Part shown: positions 56,036-64,000 of the stretch, one piece after another
Numbering within the stretch: the stretch's first letter is position 1
How the letters are laid out: every line of letters begins with the position of its first letter
Assembly (NCBI RefSeq): GCF_056712565.1
Contig: NZ_CM160072.1
DNA length: 64,000 bases
Direction: 5' to 3' (one strand)
Notes under the pieces: generated by a model
The model's database searches: none
What the model was told of the DNA's origin: nothing
What the model saw: the letters and a program-made list of their open reading frames with translations, nothing else
Translations under genes and position numbers: made by a program

Positions 56036-57120
56036 TATGCCTCTCCCGTGAGCAACACTGTTTTCGGCATGGCGTAGAGCACCTCTGCGCCTTGCGGGGT
56101 AACCAGCACAACATCTTCGATGCGCACGCCCCCTTGCCCTGGCAAATAAATCCCTGGCTCCACGGTCAGTAACATACCTGGCTGTAGCGTCGTGGTGTCC
56201 CGCGGTGAAAAACGCGGATCTTCATGGACTTCAATGCCGATAGCATGACCGGTGTTATGGCCGAAATAGTCGCCATAACCGGCTTCTGTAATCACCCGGC
56301 GCGCGGCATCGTCAACCTGCTGGCAGCGCACGCCGGGGCGAATCGCGGAGATTGCTGCGAGCTGTGCCTGCAGGACAATTTGATAGACGTTAAACAGCGG
56401 GTGAGATTCGGCGCTCACCCCTTCGCCATTCACCAGCAAGGTGCGCGTCATATCAGAGCAGTAGCCCTGATAGAGCGCACCGAAATCGAGAGTGACAAAC
56501 TCGCCCGCTGTAACAATCTTGTCGCTGGCTTTGCCGTGCGGCAGCGCCCCACGCCAGCCGCTGGCGACAATGGTGTCAAAAGAGGCTTTTTCTGCGCCCT
56601 GCCGGCGCATAAACCACTCCAGTTCAGCGGCTATCTCGCATTCGCTCATTCCCGCCTGAATAAAGCGGCGAATATGCTCTGCGCCACGATCGGCAATCCC
56701 GCAGGCAAGGCGGATTTTCTCCACCTCTTCTGGCGTTTTGATTTGCCGCAGCACATCCGGCGTGGCGCTCACCAGTTTCGCATTGAGTTCGGACTGCCAG
56801 CGGTGCGCGGTTTCCCAACTCACCTGCTGGCCTTCAAAACCGAGCGTTTGCAACTGCTCATCGGCAATGATTTGTCTGACGATGGTGGCAAGCGTGTGCA
56901 TCGCGTCGAGCAAATGCAGCTGGTAACCTTGCGTGCGGGCTTCTACATCCGCGTAATAGCGCGAATCCACCAGAATGTGCGCACTTTCACGGCTAATCAC
57001 CACATAACCTGATCCGGTGGAGATCCCCAGATGCGGCTGTTTGTTCTGCCGTGAGGAGAGAAGCACCGCATCCAGTTGTTGTGCCTTAAGCCAGTCACGC
57101 AGCGAAGCGAGTAATGTCAT
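56035..57120 (-). CDS. ypdF: M24-family Xaa-Pro/Met aminopeptidase YpdF (361 aa)
   Basis: ORF track; K-12 length and synteny. Confidence 0.9.
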   Translation of the reverse strand: MTLLASLRDWLKAQQLDAVLLSSRQNKQPHLGISTGSGYVVISRESAHILVDSRYYADVEARTQGYQLHLLDAMHTLATIVRQIIADEQLQTLGFEGQQVSWETAHRWQSELNAKLVSATPDVLRQIKTPEEVEKIRLACGIADRGAEHIRRFIQAGMSECEIAAELEWFMRRQGAEKASFDTIVASGWRGALPHGKASDKIVTAGEFVTLDFGALYQGYCSDMTRTLLVNGEGVSAESHPLFNVYQIVLQAQLAAISAIRPGVRCQQVDDAARRVITEAGYGDYFGHNTGHAIGIEVHEDPRFSPRDTTTLQPGMLLTVEPGIYLPGQGGVRIEDVVLVTPQGAEVLYAMPKTVLLTGEA

Positions 57121-57135
57121 CTGGATTTTTCCTTC

Positions 57136-58383
57136 TTACAGGCTATCGATTAACAATTTGCCTTTACGGAACATCATCAGACGCAGGAACACCACCATCA
57201 GCGCAGTTATGACTGCCCCCAGCGCGATCCCCGCCATGTAGACGCCGAGGTTAGTGACCAGCGGCCATGCCCAGATAGCGGACTCCGGGAACCATTGCAC
57301 TGCGCCCAGCCAGACTGCGGCGGTTGAGCCGACAATCGCGCCAACCATATACGACGGAATGGCGGTGATAGGGCTTTCCAGTGCAAACGGAATCGCACCC
57401 TCACTGATCCCCATAAAGGCAAGGAACATCGCGGTCTTACCCTGCGGATAAAGCTGGGCGTTGAACAAGCGTTTGCCAGTTAAGCGACGATCGATAATGG
57501 TCGCCAGACCCAGACCAATCGGCGGAATAACGATAGCGATAGAACGTGCAGTGACCGGTAATACGTGGTCAGTGGTAAAGCTGAAGGCAACGAAACCTGC
57601 CGCTTTGTTGATCGGGCCACCAAGGTCGATTGCTGTCGCCGCGGCGATCCCCATTGCGTACATCAGCGCGCCCTTCTCACCTGCAGCGGTCAGCACGGTA
57701 CGGATACCGCCGTTGATCCAGCCACCAAAGGGGGTGATGACGTAGTACATCGCCAGCATGACAAAAATGGCGGAAAGAATCGGTAGCAAAAATGTGGTTT
57801 TGAACGCTAACAGGAAATCCGGTAACTGGATTTTCTGGTTCATCCATTTCACAAGGTAACCGGCAACGATAGAAATAATCAGCGCACCAATGAAGGTGGA
57901 CGGCACCGGCGAAGAGGTCGCCCATTGCATAATGCTGGGATCGAAGTTCAGCAGTTGCGTCGGCTGGGTAGACATCAAGCCGCCGATAAAACCAGCCGGG
58001 AACGCCAGTTTGCCACCGATAGAGTTCGCCACAAAAGCAGCAAACATCGGAATGGCAAAACCAAACAACACGCCGCCGAAGGATTGCGACAGCCAGGCAA
58101 ATTTAAGTAAGGAGAGGTCGAAACCAGAGAATTTCCCGCTATTAAGAGCATCCATGATGCCGATATCAGCAGGAATTTTAAGCCAGCTATAAGCAATCAG
58201 CTGACTGAAAGCGAGGATCACACCGCCCATAATTAAGGTCGGCACCATGCGTGAAATCCCTGACATCACATGCTGCGGGAGTTCACCCCAGAAGCTGGAT
58301 TTAGAGGCCTGCGGATTCTTAACTGCCGCTGCCGCACCGGATGCGCCATGCACAACGGTTGCACTGCGTTTTTTAATGGCCAT
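57136..58383 (-). CDS. fryC: PTS fructose-like EIIC (415 aa)
   Basis: ORF track; K-12 length and synteny. Confidence 0.9.
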   Translation of the reverse strand: MAIKKRSATVVHGASGAAAAVKNPQASKSSFWGELPQHVMSGISRMVPTLIMGGVILAFSQLIAYSWLKIPADIGIMDALNSGKFSGFDLSLLKFAWLSQSFGGVLFGFAIPMFAAFVANSIGGKLAFPAGFIGGLMSTQPTQLLNFDPSIMQWATSSPVPSTFIGALIISIVAGYLVKWMNQKIQLPDFLLAFKTTFLLPILSAIFVMLAMYYVITPFGGWINGGIRTVLTAAGEKGALMYAMGIAAATAIDLGGPINKAAGFVAFSFTTDHVLPVTARSIAIVIPPIGLGLATIIDRRLTGKRLFNAQLYPQGKTAMFLAFMGISEGAIPFALESPITAIPSYMVGAIVGSTAAVWLGAVQWFPESAIWAWPLVTNLGVYMAGIALGAVITALMVVFLRLMMFRKGKLLIDSL

Positions 58384-58404
58384 AACAATTATCCCTGTCG
58401 AATA

Positions 58405-58731
58405 TTACTGTTGTTCAGAGGCAATCATCTCTTCGATTTCTTTGATGATTCCCGCAGCGTTTTTAATTGCGTCCTGCAAAGTGATTTCATAAACGTCGCG
58501 TGATTCGAAACGTTCGTTATCTTCCGGGGTAACTGCCACGGAGTGGATGATGATGGTCGCTTCGGCGATATCCTGCGCCGTCAGGCGATTCTGGATACCG
58601 TCCGCGCCCTGGGTTTCAATTTTCACTTCATAACCGGCTTCTACCGCCGCTTCTTCCAGCGCCTGAGCGGCCATAAAAGTGTGAGCCAGGCCCATTGGGC
58701 AGGCACATAAGGCAATCAGTTTCTTACTCAT
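58405..58731 (-). CDS. fryB: PTS fructose-like EIIB (108 aa)
   Basis: K-12 start MSKKLIALCACPMGLAHT at the internal ATG 58731. Confidence 0.9.
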   Translation of the reverse strand: MSKKLIALCACPMGLAHTFMAAQALEEAAVEAGYEVKIETQGADGIQNRLTAQDIAEATIIIHSVAVTPEDNERFESRDVYEITLQDAIKNAAGIIKEIEEMIASEQQ

Positions 58732-58912
58732 CGTTAATTCCTCGTTCAGTGATAGTTGACGAGTGGAATTATGAACGTGCAAAACAAATCGCCGTTACCA
58801 GACAAATAATGCATTTACTGGAGAATTAATCCCGCTGTACGGAAGTGTGACGCAGGTCGGCCTTGTGAGGGGGACACAAAGAAAATTTAATTAACTGTAT
58901 GATTTAAAAGAT

Positions 58913-58936
58913 TATCGGGAGAGTTACCTCCCGATA
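58913..58936 (-). terminator. glk terminator
   Basis: Minus strand: TATCGGGAG-GTAACT-CTCCCGATA followed by ATCTTTT. Confidence 0.65.
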
Positions 58937-58949
58937 TAACAGGAAGGAT

Positions 58950-59915
58950 TTAGAGAATGTGACCTAAGGTCTGGCGTAAATGTGCACCGGAACCGAGAAG
59001 GCCCGGATTGTCATGGACGATGAGATACACCGGAATATCATGGACATATTCTTTAAAGCGCCCTTTATCTTCAAATGCGGCGCGGAAACCAGAGGCTTTG
59101 AAGAACTCAAGGAAGCGCGGCACGATACCACCCGCAATAAACACGCCGCCAAATGTCCCGAGATTGAGCGCCAGATTGCCGCCAAAACGGCCCATAATGA
59201 CGCAAAACAGCGACAACGCGCGGCGGCAATCGGTGCAGCTGTCAGCCAGCGCGCGTTCGGTAATATCTTTTGGCTTGAGATTTTCTGGCAGGCGGTTGTC
59301 GGCTTTAACAATTGCGCGATACAAATTCACCAGTCCAGGGCCAGAAAGCACGCGTTCCGCCGAAACATGACCAATTTCCGCACGCAATATTTCGAGGATA
59401 ATGCCCTCTTCTTCACTATTCGGCGCAAAATCAACGTGACCGCCTTCTCCTGGCAAGCTTACCCAACGCTTATCGACATGGACCAGATGCGCAACCCCAA
59501 GCCCTGTTCCGGCACCGTAAACCGCAATAGGCTTACCTTCTACCGGTTCTGCGCCACCAAACTGAATCAGATGCTCTTTTTTCAGCATCGGGATCGCCAT
59601 CGATACAGCAGTAAAATCGTTAATAATTTCCAGATGGCTAAAACCGAGATTCTTTTTCATTTCGGCAATTGAGAACGCCCAGGTATGGTTGGTCATTGCC
59701 ACCCAGTCACCGGTAATTGGGCAAGCGATGGCAATACAGCCGTCTTTCACCTCGACCTTATGTTCTTCAAGATAAACGCGAATGACCGCTTCGAGGCTGG
59801 GGTAATCAAGCCCTGAATAGGTCTTAGCCTGCGAGATTTCACCACTGGCAATATCACACAGAGCAAGACGTGCGTTGGTGCCGCCCACATCACCGACTAA
59901 TGCATACTTTGTCAT
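58950..59915 (-). CDS. glk: Glucokinase (321 aa)
   Basis: ORF track; [19 protein letters not shown] recognised. Confidence 0.97.
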   Translation of the reverse strand: MTKYALVGDVGGTNARLALCDIASGEISQAKTYSGLDYPSLEAVIRVYLEEHKVEVKDGCIAIACPITGDWVAMTNHTWAFSIAEMKKNLGFSHLEIINDFTAVSMAIPMLKKEHLIQFGGAEPVEGKPIAVYGAGTGLGVAHLVHVDKRWVSLPGEGGHVDFAPNSEEEGIILEILRAEIGHVSAERVLSGPGLVNLYRAIVKADNRLPENLKPKDITERALADSCTDCRRALSLFCVIMGRFGGNLALNLGTFGGVFIAGGIVPRFLEFFKASGFRAAFEDKGRFKEYVHDIPVYLIVHDNPGLLGSGAHLRQTLGHIL

Positions 59916-60118
59916 TCTTCAACTGCTCCGCTAAAGTCAAAATAATTCTTTCTCACACTGTAAATACCTAGGGGCATAACAACAACGCCGGAAAGGCAGG
60001 CTCCCTGTAAATATCGATCTGGGTCACACAATTACTTTATCGTTTCAGCACCAATTGCAGCGATGCCTTTTTGCAAGCTGGGCAAACTAAGTATCTGACC
60101 CCGCATAAGGAATAGAAC

Positions 60119-61375
60119 ATGCTCCATCCGCGAGCCAGAACCATGTTGTTATTATCGCTCCCCGCCGTGGCAATTGGGATTGCGTCCAGTCTTATTCTGA
60201 TTATGGTGATGAAAATCGCCTCGGTATTACAGAATTTGCTCTGGCAACGACTGCCGGGAACTCTGGGGATAGCCCAGGATTCACCTCTCTGGATCATCGG
60301 TGTATTAACGCTAACGGGTATTGCGGTGGGGTTGGTTATCCGTTTCAGCCAGGGTCATGCCGGACCAGACCCCGCCTGTGAACCGCTTATCGGCGCACCG
60401 GTTCCGCCCTCTGCGCTACCAGGACTTATCGTAGCATTAATTCTCGGTCTTGCTGGCGGCGTCAGCCTGGGGCCGGAACATCCGATCATGACCGTCAATA
60501 TCGCCCTTGCCGTCGCCATTGGCGCTCGTCTGTTACCGCGCGTCAACCGAATGGAGTGGACTATTTTAGCCTCTGCCGGAACTATCGGCGCGCTGTTTGG
60601 CACACCTGTTGCGGCGGCATTGATATTTTCGCAAACCTTAAATGGCAGTAATGAAGTTCCGCTATGGGATCGTCTCTTTGCGCCGTTAATGGCGGCAGCA
60701 GCTGGTGCACTTACTACCGGATTATTTTTCCATCCTCATTTTTCACTGCCCATTGCGCATTACGGACAGATGGAAATGACCGATATTCTCAGCGGTGCAA
60801 TTGTCGCGGCGATTGCCATCGCAGCAGGGATGGTCGCCGTATGGTGCTTACCACGGTTGCACGCGATGATGCATCAAATGAAAAATCCGGTGTTCGTGCT
60901 GGGTATTGGCGGACTTATTCTCGGTATTCTGGGGGTTATTGGTGGACCGGTTTCGCTGTTTAAAGGGCTGGATGAGATGCAGCAGATGGTGGCAAATCAG
61001 GCTTTCAGCACCAGCGATTACTTTTTGCTGGCGGTGATAAAACTTGCCGCCCTGGTCGTTGCTGCCGCCAGTGGCTTTCGCGGTGGGCGAATCTTCCCGG
61101 CAGTGTTTGTCGGCGTGGCATTAGGGTTGATGCTTCATGAGCACGTTCCCGCCGTTCCAGCGGCAATAACCGTTTCCTGCGCTATACTCGGCATCGTGCT
61201 GGTGGTAACACGCGATGGCTGGTTAAGTCTTTTTATGGCGGCAGTCGTTGTACCCAATACCACATTGCTACCGCTGCTCTGTATCGTCATGCTCCCGGCA
61301 TGGCTGTTATTAGCAGGTAAGCCGATGATGATGGTCAATCGTCAGAAGCAACAGCCACCCCACGATAACGTTTAG
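60119..61375 (+). CDS. yfeO: ClC-like putative ion transporter YfeO (418 aa)
   Basis: ORF track; K-12 length and synteny. Confidence 0.9.
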   Translation: MLHPRARTMLLLSLPAVAIGIASSLILIMVMKIASVLQNLLWQRLPGTLGIAQDSPLWIIGVLTLTGIAVGLVIRFSQGHAGPDPACEPLIGAPVPPSALPGLIVALILGLAGGVSLGPEHPIMTVNIALAVAIGARLLPRVNRMEWTILASAGTIGALFGTPVAAALIFSQTLNGSNEVPLWDRLFAPLMAAAAGALTTGLFFHPHFSLPIAHYGQMEMTDILSGAIVAAIAIAAGMVAVWCLPRLHAMMHQMKNPVFVLGIGGLILGILGVIGGPVSLFKGLDEMQQMVANQAFSTSDYFLLAVIKLAALVVAAASGFRGGRIFPAVFVGVALGLMLHEHVPAVPAAITVSCAILGIVLVVTRDGWLSLFMAAVVVPNTTLLPLLCIVMLPAWLLLAGKPMMMVNRQKQQPPHDNV

Positions 61376-61489
61376 CAAAAAATGCTCTCCTTTATGATTT
61401 AAGAGTTATGGCGATGATACGGCGCTTTACCTCCCCGTAATATTGCGTTAACAGGCCGCTGACGGCTTCGATCGTGAAGGAGAATAACA

Positions 61490-61816
61490 ATGTTCAGGTC
61501 ACTGTTTCTGGCGGCCGCCCTGATGGCATTTACCCCGCTTGCGGCAAACGCAAGTGAAATCACCCTACTGCCATCAATCAAATTACAAATTGGCGATCGC
61601 GATCATTACGGTAATTACTGGGACGGTGGTCACTGGCGCGACCGTGACTACTGGCACCGCAATTATGAATGGCGTAAAAACCGCTGGTGGCGTCATGATA
61701 ATGGCTACCATCGTGGCTGGGATAAGCGTAAAGCGTATGAGCGTGGCTATCGTGAAGGCTGGCGCGATCGTGACGATCATCGTGGAAAAGGCCGCGGACA
61801 TGGACACCGCCATTAA
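61490..61816 (+). CDS. ypeC: Secreted DUF2502 protein YpeC (108 aa)
   Basis: ORF track; signal peptide; Arg/Trp/His/Asp-rich mature part; K-12 length. Confidence 0.85.
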   Translation: MFRSLFLAAALMAFTPLAANASEITLLPSIKLQIGDRDHYGNYWDGGHWRDRDYWHRNYEWRKNRWWRHDNGYHRGWDKRKAYERGYREGWRDRDDHRGKGRGHGHRH

Positions 61817-61840
61817 ACGCATCCGTCAATGGAGCACAAT

Positions 61841-61928
61841 GCCTGATGCGACGCTAGCGCGTCTTATCAGGCCTACAAACCAGCTCTTTAACGCGTAGGG
61901 CGGATAAAGCATTTACGCCGCATCCGCC
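61841..61928. repeat. BIME: two inverted REP elements
   Basis: GCCTGATGCGACGCTAGCGCGTCTTATCAGGCCTAC (61841-61876) and GTAGGGCGGATAAAGCATTTACGCCGCATCCGCC (61895-61928) are classical E. coli REP sequences. Confidence 0.85.
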
Positions 61929-61956
61929 AATGGTGCCAAATGCGACGCTCATTCAA

Positions 61957-63204
<1,248 letters not shown>

Positions 63205-63207
63205 CTA

Positions 63208-63229
63208 AAACATAGCCTTTGCTATGTTT
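63208..63229. promoter_or_regulatory. MntR box in the mntH promoter
   Basis: Perfect inverted repeat AAACATAGC-CTTT-GCTATGTTT 13 nt upstream of the mntH ATG. Confidence 0.75.
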
Positions 63230-63244
63230 CATGCTACGTTAAAT

Positions 63245-63263
63245 GAGAATGATTATCAAACTC
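63245..63263. promoter_or_regulatory. Fur box in the mntH promoter
   Basis: GAGAATGATTATCAAACTC matches 14/19 of GATAATGATAATCATTATC. It is embedded in the AAATGAG...CTCATTT palindrome. Confidence 0.6.
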
Positions 63264-63530
63264 ATTTAAATGGGTTGTGATGATTTCTCTGATAGACCAG
63301 GATTATGACTACGAAAAGATAGATGACTCGAATGTTATGGTTATGTTTAATATTAGCACATTTACATAACCTTCCGCTTCCATACACAACATAGCAGAAA
63401 TGTATGACAGATCACTATTTTTGAAGCTTGTCACAGGACGTCATTATATTGTGTGTCAGATCTCGTTTTCCTTAACCATGTTACATAGAATGTGCACGGA
63501 AATTTAACCTGCCTCATATTTGGAGCAAAT

Positions 63531-64000
63531 ATGGACCGCGTCCTTCATTTTGTACTGGCACTTGCCGTTGTTGCGATTCTCGCACTGCTGGTAAGCAGCG
63601 ACCGCAAAAAAATTCGTATCCGTTATGTTATTCAACTGCTTGTTATCGAAGTGTTACTGGCGTGGTTCTTCCTGAACTCCGACGTTGGTCTGGGCTTCGT
63701 GAAAGGCTTCTCCGAAATGTTCGAAAAACTGCTCGGATTTGCCAACGAAGGGACTAACTTCGTCTTTGGTAGCATGAATGATCAAGGCCTGGCATTCTTC
63801 TTCCTGAAAGTGCTGTGCCCAATCGTCTTTATCTCTGCGCTGATCGGTATTCTCCAGCATATTCGCGTATTGCCGGTGATTATCCGCGCAATTGGTTTCC
63901 TGCTCTCCAAAGTCAACGGCATGGGCAAACTGGAATCCTTTAACGCCGTCAGCTCCCTGATTCTGGGTCAGTCTGAAAACTTTATTGCCTATAAAGATAT
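63531..64000 (+). CDS. nupC: Nucleoside:H+ symporter NupC (N-terminal 156 codons; runs off the window end)
   Basis: Own translation from ATG 63531: [60 protein letters not shown]... K-12 synteny. Confidence 0.9.

Noticed and set aside
56224-57012. 262-aa plus-strand ORF
   Set aside because: It lies entirely antisense within ypdF, a conserved K-12 gene, and has shadow-ORF composition.
58980-59672. 230-aa plus-strand ORF
   Set aside because: It lies antisense within glk and is a shadow ORF.

Overview
The window has two parts. (1) Bases 1-27080 are the right ~27 kb of an intact-looking P22-like lambdoid prophage. It ends at an argW-derived attR core next to dsdC, the site occupied in K-12 by the CPS-53/KplE1 remnant. 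The left part (ejection proteins 20/16, tailspike, int, attL/argW) is off-window. The phage is strongly mosaic. It combines a P22-type tail machine (gp4/10/26/14/7), Sf6-type terminase, lambda-type S/R lysis genes and late leader, and a non-lambda Q. It also has a nin region, a P22 gp12-type helicase with an O-like initiator containing phased iterons, and lambda cII/PRE/oop wired to P22 c2/cro/operators. An N-like antiterminator has matched nutL/nutR sites. The left operon runs Erf, SSB, ea-type orphans, then TorI-type excisionase. (2) Bases 27180-64000 are K-12-syntenic chromosome with no insertions: dsdCXA, emrYK, evgAS, yfdE-yfdV-oxc-frc, yfdX, ypdI, yfdY, lpxP, ypdK, alaC, ypdABC, fryA-ypdEF-fryCB, glk, yfeO, ypeC, mntH and nupC (partial). 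No rRNA, intact tRNA, CRISPR array, IS element or large recognisable defence system was seen. The best candidates for undescribed biology are small prophage accessory loci: a low-GC 156-aa orphan between N and the first PL terminator; a terminator-bounded four-ORF cassette of small membrane, Cys-rich and acidic proteins between the helicase and ninB, with an 80-nt out-of-frame overlap spanning a G6 tract; a CII-type antisense promoter motif inside the non-lambda Q gene; a 90-aa orphan at the cII/oop-replication joint; and two partial argW 3' copies flanking torI. All protein identifications rest on my memory of reference sequences plus the ORF track and my own translations. No database search was run.
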